Shown in pieces: positions 18,651 through 29,145 of a stretch of DNA of 64,000 nt. This stretch comes from Christensenella sp. UBA3217. GTDB taxonomy: Bacteria > Bacillota > Clostridia > Christensenellales > CAG-1252. Where the stretch lies: the NCBI GenBank assembly GCA_002363545.1, contig DEWF01000001.1:106880-170879 (forward strand). Direction: 5' to 3'. Position numbers and translations under genes: made by a program. Position 1 is the stretch's first letter. Each line of letters begins with the position of its first letter. A model generated the notes under the pieces. It saw nothing but the letters and a program-made list of their open reading frames with translations, did not search any database and was not told the DNA's origin.

Positions 18651-19877
18651 ATGAAATTAGAACTGCTTTCTCCTGCCGGAAATCTTGAAAAAATGAAGGT
18701 CGCATGTCACTTCGGTGCCGATGCGGTCTATTTTGCCGGTAAAGAGTTCGGTTTGCGCGCTTATGCGGATAATTTTACCGAGCAGGAGATGGCACAAGCC
18801 TTTGCGTATCTTCACTCGATAGGGAAAAAGGGCTACGTGACCTTGAACGTGTTTCCTTACGATGAAGATTTTTCCAAAATCAAAGAGTATCTTCCCTTTG
18901 TAAAAGAAATCAACGCGGACGGTGTGATCGTATCCGATCCCGGGGTGATCTCCTTAGCAAGGAGCATCGTTCCCGATTTGGAATTGCACCTTTCCACGCA
19001 AGCAAACACCTTGAACTCGTATAGTGCTCGTTTTTGGGCGGATATGGGGGTAAAGCGCATCGTGCTGGCAAGGGAATTATCGCTGGATCGTATCAAAGCG
19101 ATACGTGACGCATTGGATCCTTCGGTGGAGATAGAATGTTTTGCGCACGGTGCCATGTGCATCAGTTATAGCGGCAGATGCTTACTCAGCAACTACCTTT
19201 CGGGTAGGGATAACTACAAAGGGGAGTGCGTGCAAGCTTGCCGCTGGAATTACGTGATCCATGAGAAAAATCGTAATTCGCGTGAGTTCCCGATAGAAGA
19301 GGATGAGCGCGGCGCTTATATCATGAACAGCCACGACTTAAAGACCATTACCTTCTTGGACCGTTTGATAGACGCCGGCGTCACTTCCTTTAAGATAGAA
19401 GGGCGCATGAAAACGGCGTATTACGTGGCGTCCGTCACCGACGCGTACAGAAGGGCGCTTGACGAGGCGGCGGCACATCCCCGTGATTATCATTGCAAAA
19501 AGGAATGGGAAGAGGAGCTTTCGCTTTGCTCCAACCGCGGTTTTACAACGGGTTTTATGCTTGGCGGAAAAGGTGGCTCGGATACCATCGGTTACGAGGA
19601 TTCCAAGTCGGACGGCGGCGCCGAATTTATTGGTAAAGTTTTGGGCTATGATTTTAACAAAAAGTGTGTTATAATAGAGCAAAGGAACCGTTTTTCGGTA
19701 GGAGATAAGCTGGAATTGCTTGCTCCCGCAAGGGAAGTGGCGGAGATTCCGGTTAAGGAGATATTTACCTTGCAAGGCGAAAGCATCCAAGACGCATTGC
19801 GTGTGCAGGAAAAACTCTTGATCCCAACCGAGATCGTTGCGGAAGAGGGAGATATACTCAGAAGGAGAAAGACGTGA
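18651..19877 (+). CDS. Peptidase U32 family protein
   Basis: 408 aa containing the U32 signature-like segment ECFAHGAMCISYSGRCLLS. Confidence 0.85.
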   Translation: MKLELLSPAGNLEKMKVACHFGADAVYFAGKEFGLRAYADNFTEQEMAQAFAYLHSIGKKGYVTLNVFPYDEDFSKIKEYLPFVKEINADGVIVSDPGVISLARSIVPDLELHLSTQANTLNSYSARFWADMGVKRIVLARELSLDRIKAIRDALDPSVEIECFAHGAMCISYSGRCLLSNYLSGRDNYKGECVQACRWNYVIHEKNRNSREFPIEEDERGAYIMNSHDLKTITFLDRLIDAGVTSFKIEGRMKTAYYVASVTDAYRRALDEAAAHPRDYHCKKEWEEELSLCSNRGFTTGFMLGGKGGSDTIGYEDSKSDGGAEFIGKVLGYDFNKKCVIIEQRNRFSVGDKLELLAPAREVAEIPVKEIFTLQGESIQDALRVQEKLLIPTEIVAEEGDILRRRKT

Positions 19878-21064
19878 GTATTCGTTGGAAGAAACATCTC
19901 GTCATTTTGTACGATAAACATAAGAACTCGCTGATTTGCGACGCTCTTGAAAAAGCCATCGGCTCGGCTTTCCCCGAGTGCGATATCGTCACGGTGGATG
20001 ACGTGGGTTATCTTGGCGCCGCCAACCGTTTTTGGCGGGTAAAATCCTCGCGTTTTTACGCAAAAAACGCTCCGTTCTTTGTGAAATGGATGAGTAAGAT
20101 CAAAGAGAAAAAGGATGATGTTCGTATCAAAGAAGAACGAGGCATGATCTCATCGGGAGAGCAGGATAAGATCACTCTGTCCGATAAAAGGAACGTGGCG
20201 GTCACTCGCATCGTAAATATTATCAATCGTTTTCATCCGGTTGTGATTGTCACCACCAATCGCTATGCTTTGAAACTCACCTTGCTTGCAAGAAAACTGA
20301 CGGGCAGCGACGTGAAAGTGGTTGCGCTCGTTTCGGATTTTGCGCTATCGCGCGGCTTTGTTCGTTCGGGCGTGGATCTTTATTTGGTGGAGAACGAGAT
20401 GCTGAAAGACGGGCTGATGCACTTTGGGGTGGATCGTGATAAGATCATCTTATCCGGTATGCCGTTCTCGGAGGATCAAAGACCCAAGCATACCCGTTTT
20501 GAGGCAAGAAAACTGTTAGGACTTTCAGGGGATCTTCCCTTGATCGTTGTGAACGGCGGGGATTATTGCACCGCCACCATTAAGGATAAAGTGGTGCGGC
20601 TTTTGAGTGAAAGGGGCAAATATTCTCTCTTGATCTTAACCTACGGTAATCACTCCATTCGCAGATATTATAAAAAACTTGCGGACGATTACGACGTGGA
20701 AGTGCTTTTTAAGTCGGAATTGGAATATTCTTTGATCTTTGCGGCGGCGGACGTGATCGTGACGTTGCCCGATACGCATTTTATTTTTTCCGCATTCGTT
20801 AATAAGATCCCGGTGGTGCTCTTGGACGGTATCACGGTGTTGGAACACGATATCTATCGCTACCTTGTGAGCGGCGCTTTGGTCACTCCCGCAAAAACGC
20901 CTGAGGAAACTTACGCCGCCGTGGAAGAACTGCTCATCGATACCGATCGCCGTACTGAGATGATCGAACGTGAGCAGGGGTATTATTTGAAAGAAAAAAC
21001 CTTTGCTTCCGAGCGTTTGATGTACGATATTTTAATGCTGGACGCTCCCTCCGAAAACGATTAG
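19874..21064 (+). CDS. Glycosyltransferase-like protein (GT-B / MGDG-synthase-like, apparently degenerate)
   Basis: 396 aa with a GTG start that overlaps the U32 stop (GTGA). The overall layout resembles GT28/MGDG-synthase-type proteins. However, the usual N-terminal G-rich loop and the C-terminal KPGG-type motif are replaced (KHLVILYDKHKN..., VTLPDTHF). Confidence 0.35.
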   Translation: MSIRWKKHLVILYDKHKNSLICDALEKAIGSAFPECDIVTVDDVGYLGAANRFWRVKSSRFYAKNAPFFVKWMSKIKEKKDDVRIKEERGMISSGEQDKITLSDKRNVAVTRIVNIINRFHPVVIVTTNRYALKLTLLARKLTGSDVKVVALVSDFALSRGFVRSGVDLYLVENEMLKDGLMHFGVDRDKIILSGMPFSEDQRPKHTRFEARKLLGLSGDLPLIVVNGGDYCTATIKDKVVRLLSERGKYSLLILTYGNHSIRRYYKKLADDYDVEVLFKSELEYSLIFAAADVIVTLPDTHFIFSAFVNKIPVVLLDGITVLEHDIYRYLVSGALVTPAKTPEETYAAVEELLIDTDRRTEMIEREQGYYLKEKTFASERLMYDILMLDAPSEND

Positions 21065-21726
21065 TTTTCTTCTTTTTCTTTATCTTCTTTTGTTTCCTCT
21101 TCTTTCATTTCGCCCGCTTCGAAATAACTGTTTGCGCGGGGGCTGTTGACCGCTCGCATCATCATGGTAAAAAGATATTGTAAAACAAGACCTACGATTG
21201 CGCTGAACCACATGACGGTGAAGGCATAACTACCTCCTATATTGCCGCTTTTTCTGAAAAAGATCTGGTAAGCAGCAATCCCTATGAAACTGCCAACGAG
21301 GGCGGAAAACAAACAGGAAGAGAAGGTGCGTTTGGCGGAAACGGCGCACCAAAGACCGGTGAGAAGAGAAAGCAGGGTGGCAAGCAGGCGGGGATCCATG
21401 GGCGCTTGCTCCAAGAAAAAGTAAGAATACAAAAACGCTATGCCCGCGGTGCCAATCATGGAAAGCAATCCGAGCAAAACGTCCCTGCCTTCATCCGCTC
21501 TTTTAAAGAGAGTATAGAATCCAACGAGAACGGAGAGAACGCCCCCTAAGGATAGGGAGAAGTCCCTTGTTAAGCGCACGCTTCCTCGCACGTTTAAAAG
21601 TACGATCAAAAAAATCAAAAATGCCGCCGCAAATTCGTTGAATCGAAGTCTTTCCGTGATCCCTTTCGCAAGTCCCGTCATCACGAGGATGGATACGATC
21701 AATAAAGCCATTTCGCCCAAATACAT
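21061..21726 (-). CDS. Hypothetical polytopic membrane protein with an acidic/lysine-rich C-terminal tail
   Basis: 221 aa with about 6 hydrophobic segments. The tail is EEETKEDKEKEEN. No family was recognised. Confidence 0.55.
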   Translation of the reverse strand: MYLGEMALLIVSILVMTGLAKGITERLRFNEFAAAFLIFLIVLLNVRGSVRLTRDFSLSLGGVLSVLVGFYTLFKRADEGRDVLLGLLSMIGTAGIAFLYSYFFLEQAPMDPRLLATLLSLLTGLWCAVSAKRTFSSCLFSALVGSFIGIAAYQIFFRKSGNIGGSYAFTVMWFSAIVGLVLQYLFTMMMRAVNSPRANSYFEAGEMKEEETKEDKEKEEN

Positions 21727-21820
21727 AGGAATAGTTTGTGAGAGGGCGCCTCTTTCATTCTCAGTCGATGCTTTGAAAGGGATTTTGTATAGGAGAGAAA
21801 GCGCATTTTACGCGATTTAT

Positions 21821-21849
21821 TTGACATTTTATAAATTATTTACTATCAT
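21821..21849 (+). promoter_or_regulatory. Putative sigma-A promoter of the DUF512-der operon
   Basis: TTGACA (21821-21826), a 17-nt spacer, then TATCAT (21844-21849). The -10 element ends only 10 nt before ATG 21860. Confidence 0.45.
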
Positions 21850-21859
21850 TTATTTTGTT

Positions 21860-23152
21860 ATGGATAAACAAGCGCGTATCGTAAAAAAAGTGGCTCGCGG
21901 CAGCGTGGCAAAAGCGGCGGGGATCAAAGCGGGGGATGAAATACTTTCTCTTGGCGGATATCCTTTCGTGGATGATGCCGATCTTGCCTTTTACGAGGGA
22001 GATGCCCAAGTGGATATTACCTTTCTCCGTGATGGAAAAGAGTATTCTTTGACCATCGAAAAAGAGGAAGACGAGCCGCTGGGCATTGAAATGAATCAGT
22101 CCGACTATATCATTCCTTGCAAAAACGATTGCATGTTTTGCTTTGTTAGACAACTTCCCAAAGGAATGCGCAAGACCTTGTACGTGAAAGACGATGACTA
22201 TCGCATGAGTTTTGCAATGGGTAGTTACGTGACGCTTTCCAACTTGACAAGGGAAGATCTTGATCGAATCAAGCGTCTTTCTCTATCTCCGCTTTATATC
22301 TCCGTGCATTGCTTCACCCCCGAATTAAAGCGAAAGATATGCAAAAACCCGCAGAGCGCAAAACTGTTTGATTATCTTCATGAGCTTGCGGCGGCACATA
22401 TCACCATGCACACCCAAATCGTGATGATGGAAGGAATAAACGATGGGGAAGAACTGATGAAAACCATCACGGAGCTTGCAAAACTCTATCCCTATGTGAA
22501 AACCGTGGCGGTAGTACCCGTTGGTTTGACCAAGCATCGCGAGGGTCTTACGCCGCTTTCTCCCATTTCTCCCGAAAATGCCCGCCGCACGATCAAAGCG
22601 GTGGAAGAGTTTAATGCAAAGATGTTGGAAAGGTATAAAGAACCCTTTGCCTTTTGTTCGGACGAAATGTATTTGATCGGGGATGTACCTCTCCCCCCTT
22701 ACGAATCTTACGGCGCTTTTGAGCAAATAGAGAACGGCGTCGGTTTGGTTGCGGACTTTTTCGATTGTGCTCAGTTTGCTTTGCAAGAGGGGGTTTCTCC
22801 TAAGGGGGAATTCAGTGCCATCACGGGCATGTCCTTTGCGCCGCTGTTGGAAAAGTTTTGCAGGGAGCTGGAAGAAAAGTATCCTGTAAAGATCGAGGTT
22901 TGTCCCGTAAGGAACGATTTTTTCGGGGAGACGGTCACCGTATCGGGGTTGGTCACCGGCGGAGATATCATAAAGCAGTATAAAGGAAAGTTGAAAAAGA
23001 ACGTTATCATTCCCAAAACCATGTTGCGCGAATTCAGCGGAGTGTTCCTGGACGAAGTGACGCTTTGCGAGTTGGAAAAAACGCTTGACGTTCGGGTGCA
23101 CGTGGCAGAGGGCGGCGATGGCTTTATTAGGATTTTGGGTGGTGAAAGATGA
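21860..23152 (+). CDS. PDZ-domain / DUF512 protein (radical-SAM-like), the conserved upstream partner of der
   Basis: The track ORF starts at 21638 and there overlaps the convergent membrane gene. I prefer ATG 21860 (MDKQARIVKKVARGSVAKAAGIKAGDEILSLGG, a PDZ-like segment). A Cys-rich CKNDCMFCF segment is present and the stop overlaps der as ATGA. Confidence 0.75.
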   Translation: MDKQARIVKKVARGSVAKAAGIKAGDEILSLGGYPFVDDADLAFYEGDAQVDITFLRDGKEYSLTIEKEEDEPLGIEMNQSDYIIPCKNDCMFCFVRQLPKGMRKTLYVKDDDYRMSFAMGSYVTLSNLTREDLDRIKRLSLSPLYISVHCFTPELKRKICKNPQSAKLFDYLHELAAAHITMHTQIVMMEGINDGEELMKTITELAKLYPYVKTVAVVPVGLTKHREGLTPLSPISPENARRTIKAVEEFNAKMLERYKEPFAFCSDEMYLIGDVPLPPYESYGAFEQIENGVGLVADFFDCAQFALQEGVSPKGEFSAITGMSFAPLLEKFCRELEEKYPVKIEVCPVRNDFFGETVTVSGLVTGGDIIKQYKGKLKKNVIIPKTMLREFSGVFLDEVTLCELEKTLDVRVHVAEGGDGFIRILGGER

Positions 23153-24474
23153 GTAAACCGTTATTGGCGATCGTAGGTAGGCCGAACGTGGGGAAATCCA
23201 CGCTCTTTAATAAAATCGTGGGAAAACGCATCAGTATTTCGCACAACACTCCCGGCGTGACGCGCGATAGGATCTATGCCGATGCTTCTTGGTGCGGGTA
23301 TAATTTTACCGTGATTGATACGGGCGGTATCGAATACAAGAGTGAGGACGCCATGTGGAAACATATCCGTATGCAGGCGGAAACCGCCATCGAAATCGCG
23401 GATTGCATTATTTTCGTAGTGGATGGAAAGGGGGGATTGCTTCCCGATGATTACCAAATTGCCGATATGCTTCGTCAATCGCACAAGCCGGTGGTGCTTG
23501 CGGTAAACAAGTTGGATAATCCTTTTGATACGGCGTACGAGTTTTACGAATTGGGCCTCGGAGATCCCTTTGTGCTTTCCGCGGAACATAATATCGGTCT
23601 GGGGGATATTTTGGAAGAAGCTACCCATCACCTTCGCAAGGTGGAAGAAGAGGAAGAAGATCCTTCCATTCGTATTGCCGTGGTGGGAAAACCCAATGCG
23701 GGAAAGAGCTCTCTTGTAAACCGCATTCTCGGTACCAAACGCACCATTGTGAGTGAAGTTGCGGGAACCACGCGTGACGCAATAGACTCTCCGTTTTTCC
23801 ATAACGGGCAAAAGTACACCCTAATAGACACGGCGGGTATTCGTCGTAAACGCAGCGTGGAAGAGGACGTGGAGTATTACAGCGTTTTACGTGCTTTCGG
23901 CGCCATCAAACGTGCTGACGTGGTGTTTATCGTTGTGGATGCGGAAGAAGGCCTCACCGAGCAAGACGTTCGCATTGCGGGTAAGGTGCACGAGGAAGGA
24001 AAAGCCAGCATCGTGGTCATGAACAAATGGGATAAGATCGAAAAAGATACCCATACGGTGGAAAAGTTCAACAAGGATCTCAAAGAAAAATTAAAATTCA
24101 TGGATTACTTTGTGCCTGCTTACGTTTCCGCACTTACCGGAAAAAGAGTGGACAAGTTGCTTGACGAAGCCAAGAGAGTAGGTGAGAACGCCAAACGCCG
24201 CATCGGCACGAGCGTGGTGAATGACGTGATCATGAACCTTGTGGCAATGAATGAGCCGCCCACAAAGAACGGCAGGCGCTTAAAAGTGTTCTTTGCCACC
24301 CAAGCGGGGGTGTGTCCGCCTTCCTTTGTGGTTTTTACCAACGATTCCACTCTCATGCACTTTTCCTATCAACGGTATCTTGAAAACGGTATACGGGAAT
24401 CCTTTGATTTTTCCGGCACGCCCATTCGCGTAATAGTGCGTGACAAAACCGAAGAAAATGAGTATAATGGGTAA
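23149..24474 (+). CDS. der: Ribosome-biogenesis GTPase Der (EngA)
   Basis: 441 aa with two tandem G domains (GRPNVGKST...DTGG; GKPNAGKSS...DTAG) and a KH-like C-terminus. Confidence 0.95.
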   Translation: MSKPLLAIVGRPNVGKSTLFNKIVGKRISISHNTPGVTRDRIYADASWCGYNFTVIDTGGIEYKSEDAMWKHIRMQAETAIEIADCIIFVVDGKGGLLPDDYQIADMLRQSHKPVVLAVNKLDNPFDTAYEFYELGLGDPFVLSAEHNIGLGDILEEATHHLRKVEEEEEDPSIRIAVVGKPNAGKSSLVNRILGTKRTIVSEVAGTTRDAIDSPFFHNGQKYTLIDTAGIRRKRSVEEDVEYYSVLRAFGAIKRADVVFIVVDAEEGLTEQDVRIAGKVHEEGKASIVVMNKWDKIEKDTHTVEKFNKDLKEKLKFMDYFVPAYVSALTGKRVDKLLDEAKRVGENAKRRIGTSVVNDVIMNLVAMNEPPTKNGRRLKVFFATQAGVCPPSFVVFTNDSTLMHFSYQRYLENGIRESFDFSGTPIRVIVRDKTEENEYNG

Positions 24475-24486
24475 ACGGAGGCTTGT

Positions 24487-25764
24487 ATGAAATACGAATC
24501 ACTGACGAAAGACGAACTGAAAAGCACTCTTGCCGCGGAAAAAAAGAGATATGACGCTTTTTTGAAAGAAAAGCTTTCTCTTGATATGTCTCGCGGAAAG
24601 CCGGCGGCGGATCAGTTGGACTTGACCATGCCTTTGCTTTCCGTTTTGCAAAAAGATACCAAGTTCCCCAAGGGCACGGATTACAGGAATTACGGCTTGT
24701 TGGACGGCATTCCCGAGATGAAAAAGATCTTTGCCGAATTGTTTGATATCCCCGAAGAATACGTGTTCGTGGGCGGCAACAGTTCTTTGAATATAATGTA
24801 CGATATGATCTCCGATGCGCTTTTAACAGGCGTGCTCGGTTCCACCCCTTGGGTCAAACTTCCCGGAAAGGTGAAGTTTATTTGTCCCGTTCCCGGTTAT
24901 GATCGTCATTTTAACATTTGTGAAAAACTCGGTATTGAGATGATCTCTGTCCCGATGGACGAGAATGGCCCCGATATGAATATCGTGGAAGACTTGGTGG
25001 CGAATGACGCCATGGTCAAGGGTATTTGGTGCGTGCCGCGTTTCTCCAACCCCGGCGGTGTCGTCTATTCCGATGAGGTAGTGGCGCGCTTGGCAAAAAT
25101 GAAGGTTGCCGCTCCCGATTTTCGCATTTATTACGATAATTCTTATTTCGTTCATACCCTGACCGAGGACGCACCCAAACTTGCCAATATTTTCACAATT
25201 GCCAAGGAAGCGGGCACGGAAGATAGAATTTATATGTTCTCTTCAACTTCTAAGATCACCTTTGCCGGAAGCGGCGTTTCCATGATCGCGGCATCTCCCA
25301 AGAATATTGCTTCCATTAAAGAAAAAATGGGATGGAAGACCATCGGCTTTAATAAAGTTTGGCAGTATGCGCACGCCTTGTATTTGCAATCCGCAGAACA
25401 CGTGGAAAGCATTATGAAAGAGCAGGCGGCATTGATCCGTCCCAAGTTTGAGATCGTCCTGGATGCTTTTGATAACGCCTTCGGGGATAGTGATACGGTC
25501 ACTTGGAACAAGCCTCAGGGTGGGTATTTTATTTGCTTGAAGTGTCTGAACGGAACGGCAAAAAAGGTTTGGTCCATGTGCAAGAAAGCAGGGCTTACCA
25601 TCACGCCTGCCGGAGCGGCTCATCCCCTGCATAACGATGATTCGGATTCCTATTTGCGCATAGCGCCCACGTATCCCTCAAAAGAGGATCTGAAAAAGGC
25701 TACCGAGGTGCTTGTGACGGTGGTTAAGATCGTCACAATGGAAGCCCTTCTTTTGGCTAAGTAA
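24487..25764 (+). CDS. PLP-dependent aminotransferase (class I/II fold; specificity unknown)
   Basis: 425 aa with an SSTSKITFAGSG segment (candidate PLP-lysine) and a typical fold-type I length. Confidence 0.65.
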   Translation: MKYESLTKDELKSTLAAEKKRYDAFLKEKLSLDMSRGKPAADQLDLTMPLLSVLQKDTKFPKGTDYRNYGLLDGIPEMKKIFAELFDIPEEYVFVGGNSSLNIMYDMISDALLTGVLGSTPWVKLPGKVKFICPVPGYDRHFNICEKLGIEMISVPMDENGPDMNIVEDLVANDAMVKGIWCVPRFSNPGGVVYSDEVVARLAKMKVAAPDFRIYYDNSYFVHTLTEDAPKLANIFTIAKEAGTEDRIYMFSSTSKITFAGSGVSMIAASPKNIASIKEKMGWKTIGFNKVWQYAHALYLQSAEHVESIMKEQAALIRPKFEIVLDAFDNAFGDSDTVTWNKPQGGYFICLKCLNGTAKKVWSMCKKAGLTITPAGAAHPLHNDDSDSYLRIAPTYPSKEDLKKATEVLVTVVKIVTMEALLLAK

Positions 25765-25771
25765 TCAAAAC

Positions 25772-25833
25772 AAGATCCGAGAAACGTATTTCCTGTTTTT
25801 TCCAAATGGGGAAAGGCCTCGGGTCTTTTTTTT
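25772..25833 (+). terminator. Possible terminator or structured element after the aminotransferase gene
   Basis: aagatccgag (25772-25781) pairs with ctcgggtctt (25818-25827) as 10 bp including one G-U. The loop is large (36 nt), and a T8 run follows. Confidence 0.35.
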
Positions 25834-25893
25834 GTTTATTTTGTGGTGTTTTGTTAAAAAGTTTTCAAAAATCTCACTTTTTAAGGGAAACAT

Positions 25894-25923
25894 TTGACTT
25901 TGCGCTTTTAATATTGTTATATT
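25894..25923 (+). promoter_or_regulatory. Putative sigma-A promoter of the MacB-type ABC gene
   Basis: TTGACT (25894-25899), an 18-nt spacer, then TATATT (25918-25923). The SD AAGGAG precedes ATG 25954. Confidence 0.5.
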
Positions 25924-25953
25924 AAAATCGAAGTACTTTTAAGGAGTGGGACT

Positions 25954-28569
25954 ATGCTTCGTTTGGCAAATATCGTAAAAGATTATATATCCGGCGATTC
26001 AACGGTGCACGCATTAAAGGGGGTAAGCATCTCCTTTCGCAAAAACGAGTTTGTTTCCATTTTGGGTCATTCCGGTTGCGGTAAAACCACGCTTTTGAAT
26101 ATCATCGGCGGGTTGGATCATTATACTTCGGGTGATCTTGTTATCAATCAAACTTCCACTAAAAAGTATAAGGACAGAGATTGGGATAATTATCGCAATC
26201 ATTCTATCGGTTTTGTTTTTCAGTCTTACAATTTGATCCCCCACCAAACCGTTCTTTCAAATGTGGAATTGGCACTCACCTTATCCGGTGTAAAAAGGGC
26301 GGAACGTAAGGCTCTTGCGCAAGCAGCACTCGTGCGCGTGGGATTGGCGGACCAAATACATAAACGCCCCAACCAACTTTCGGGCGGGCAAATGCAACGC
26401 GTTGCGATCGCCCGTGCTATCGTGAATAATCCCGATATTATCCTTGCGGATGAGCCCACCGGTGCTTTGGATACCGAAACCAGCGAGCAGGTCATGCAGA
26501 TCTTAAAAGAGATCGCGCAGGATAAGCTCGTTATTATGGTCACGCACAATCCCGAACTCGCTGAACTATACAGCACCCGTATCGTAAGGCTGAAAGACGG
26601 CGAGGTGGTATCTGACAGTATGCCTTATGACGAAGAAGAGGAACGCTTGCAAGAAGAAGCTAAACTCTTAGTTGATGATCTTCCTCAATCTGTGACGCCC
26701 ACTTCCGAGGAAGAAGTTGCTACCGATGTTGCGCAAGGGGAAGGAATTGTGCTTTCGGCGGAGCCGGATAAAGAGGATACTCCCAAGCCGAAAAAGGTAA
26801 AGGGGCGCAAGAAAAAGCCCAGCATGTCCTTTTTTACCGCTTTTTCACTTTCCATCAAAAATCTCTTTACTAAAAAAGGCAGAACTTTCTTAACGGCCTT
26901 TGCGGGAAGTATCGGCATTATCGGTATCGCTTTGATCTTGTCGCTGTCCAACGGCTTTCAAAATTATATAGATATGGTGGAGCGCGATACGCTTTCCGCT
27001 TACCCGATCACAATTTCCGAAACTTCGCTTTCTTTGGAATCCGTGTTGGAACTGATGGTTTCAGATACCTCAACTTCGGGTGCATATCCCAAAGAGGAAG
27101 TGGTCAAGTCGAACGACGTACTTACCACTTTGCTGAAAGGGGCAACAGGGGCGGTGAACAAAAATGATTTGGCGTCTTTCAAAACGTGGTTGGAAGCAAA
27201 TCCCGAAAAGGTGGGAAAGATAACGAACGCCGTTAAATATATTTATAATACGAACTTTTGCGTGTACGAAGCTTCCTACGGATATAACAGTAACACGCAG
27301 CTTTATCCGTTTGAAGTGCCTGCCAGTGTGATGAAGCCTCTTACCGGTGACAATTCTTCGGATATGTCAACTTATATGAACACGATGCTCAACGGACTTG
27401 CCATTTGGGAAGAACTTGTGGATAATCGCGATCTTTTGGAAAATAAACAGTACGACCTTTTAACGGGACACTGGCCGCGCTCCTATGCGGAAACGGATAA
27501 TCAGTATTTTGAAGTGGTACTTGTTGTGGATAAATACAACCGTATAGACGACTATCTTATGTGTGCCATCGGTTTGGAAACCATAACGGACGCCTTTTTA
27601 AGAGCCGGCGGGGATCCCATCGTGCCGAAAACGTATGATTTTGACGAGTTGATCGGTAGAGAATATAAGATCATTCTCGGGGTGGATAAATACCAAAAGA
27701 CCGATGACGGATGGCAGAATCAGAGCAACAACAAACGTTTTATCAAAGAAGCGTTGGATAATGGCGTTACCATTAAGATCTCCGGAATCATTCGTCCCAA
27801 GGATACCGTCACCACTGCCATTATGAGCGGCGTGATAGGGTACAACCACGATTTAACGGAATATATCATTCAAAAGACCAACGAGCACCCGATGGTTTTG
27901 GAACAGAAAGCGAATACCGAAATCAACGTGTTGACCGGAGAAGCCTTTGAAGATGGTTCGGATGCCGAATTCGTACTTTCCGAATTGGGCGCCGTATCTT
28001 CGGATAAACCTTCTTCCATCTATTTGTATGCAAAAGGTTTTGAAGAGAAAAAAGCGATCGGAGCGCTGGTGGAAGAGTATAATTCGACCGTTCCACCCGA
28101 AAAACAAATAAAATATAACGACATGATGGCTACCTTAATGGAATCGGTCAGTACGATCATTCAGATCATCTCTTACGTGTTGATCGCCTTCGTTTCTATT
28201 TCCTTGATCGTGTCCTCTATCATGATCGGTATTATCACATATATCTCGGTGTTGGAGCGCACAAAAGAGATCGGCGTGTTGAGATCCATCGGCGCAAGCA
28301 AACGCGACGTGTCGCGTCTGTTTAATGCCGAAACGCTCACTGTGGGCTTTATGTCGGGTTTGTTCGGCATTATAATTACCTTGCTTTTGAATATTCCCGT
28401 GAATTTGGTGATCGCTCACTATACGGGCATTAAGGGGCTTTCTTCCTTGCCTGTGTTGGGTGCGTTTGCGCTTATCGGAATCAGTATGTTCCTCTCCTTC
28501 TTAGCAGGCTTTATTCCCTCAAAAGTGGCAGCGAAAAAAGATCCTGTGGTGGCATTGCGGACGGAATGA
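25954..28569 (+). CDS. Fused ABC transporter: N-terminal ATPase plus MacB/FtsX-type permease with a large extracytoplasmic domain
   Basis: 871 aa with Walker [10 protein letters not shown], signature [14 protein letters not shown] and Walker B ILADEPT. A charged linker is followed by a TM segment, an extracellular region of about 400 aa, and C-terminal FtsX-like TM helices. Confidence 0.85.
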   Translation: MLRLANIVKDYISGDSTVHALKGVSISFRKNEFVSILGHSGCGKTTLLNIIGGLDHYTSGDLVINQTSTKKYKDRDWDNYRNHSIGFVFQSYNLIPHQTVLSNVELALTLSGVKRAERKALAQAALVRVGLADQIHKRPNQLSGGQMQRVAIARAIVNNPDIILADEPTGALDTETSEQVMQILKEIAQDKLVIMVTHNPELAELYSTRIVRLKDGEVVSDSMPYDEEEERLQEEAKLLVDDLPQSVTPTSEEEVATDVAQGEGIVLSAEPDKEDTPKPKKVKGRKKKPSMSFFTAFSLSIKNLFTKKGRTFLTAFAGSIGIIGIALILSLSNGFQNYIDMVERDTLSAYPITISETSLSLESVLELMVSDTSTSGAYPKEEVVKSNDVLTTLLKGATGAVNKNDLASFKTWLEANPEKVGKITNAVKYIYNTNFCVYEASYGYNSNTQLYPFEVPASVMKPLTGDNSSDMSTYMNTMLNGLAIWEELVDNRDLLENKQYDLLTGHWPRSYAETDNQYFEVVLVVDKYNRIDDYLMCAIGLETITDAFLRAGGDPIVPKTYDFDELIGREYKIILGVDKYQKTDDGWQNQSNNKRFIKEALDNGVTIKISGIIRPKDTVTTAIMSGVIGYNHDLTEYIIQKTNEHPMVLEQKANTEINVLTGEAFEDGSDAEFVLSELGAVSSDKPSSIYLYAKGFEEKKAIGALVEEYNSTVPPEKQIKYNDMMATLMESVSTIIQIISYVLIAFVSISLIVSSIMIGIITYISVLERTKEIGVLRSIGASKRDVSRLFNAETLTVGFMSGLFGIIITLLLNIPVNLVIAHYTGIKGLSSLPVLGAFALIGISMFLSFLAGFIPSKVAAKKDPVVALRTE

Positions 28570-28572
28570 TAT

Positions 28573-29145
28573 ATGGAACTTGTGATCGCCAGCAATAACA
28601 AGCATAAAGTAAAAGAGATCCGTGCGATCCTAAGTGGCAAATTTGAGCGTATTTATGCGCTTGCTGATCTTGGCATATCGGTGGACCCCGAAGAAACCGC
28701 ACCCGATTTTTACGGAAACGCAATGATCAAAGCAAAAGCGGTGGCTGCTTTTACAGATAAGGCTGTGATCGCCGATGACAGCGGGTTGGAAGTAATGTGC
28801 TTGAACGGGGAACCGGGGGTGCATTCCGCCAGATACGCGGGTGAACCTTGTTCCGATCAAAGAAACAATCAAAAACTTTTGGAAAACATGGTGGGGAAGC
28901 CCGATCGTCGTGCACGTTTTGTCACCACGATGGTGCTACTTTTCCCTAATGGAAAGAGTTTGGTTGGTCTTGGTGAAGTAAAAGGGCACATTCTGGAAAA
29001 GGAAAAAGGGGAAAACGGTTTCGGATACGATCCCTTGTTTTATGCCGATGAACTTGGCAAGACATTTGGTGAAAGCAGCGATGAAGAGAAAAACCGAGTG
29101 AGCCACCGAAGCAGGGCGCTGAAAGATTTGTTGGAAAAACTATGA
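28573..29145 (+). CDS. rdgB: Non-canonical purine NTP pyrophosphatase (RdgB/HAM1 family)
   Basis: 190 aa with the motifs ASNNKHKVKE, DDSGLEV and FGYDPLF. Confidence 0.9.
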   Translation: MELVIASNNKHKVKEIRAILSGKFERIYALADLGISVDPEETAPDFYGNAMIKAKAVAAFTDKAVIADDSGLEVMCLNGEPGVHSARYAGEPCSDQRNNQKLLENMVGKPDRRARFVTTMVLLFPNGKSLVGLGEVKGHILEKEKGENGFGYDPLFYADELGKTFGESSDEEKNRVSHRSRALKDLLEKL

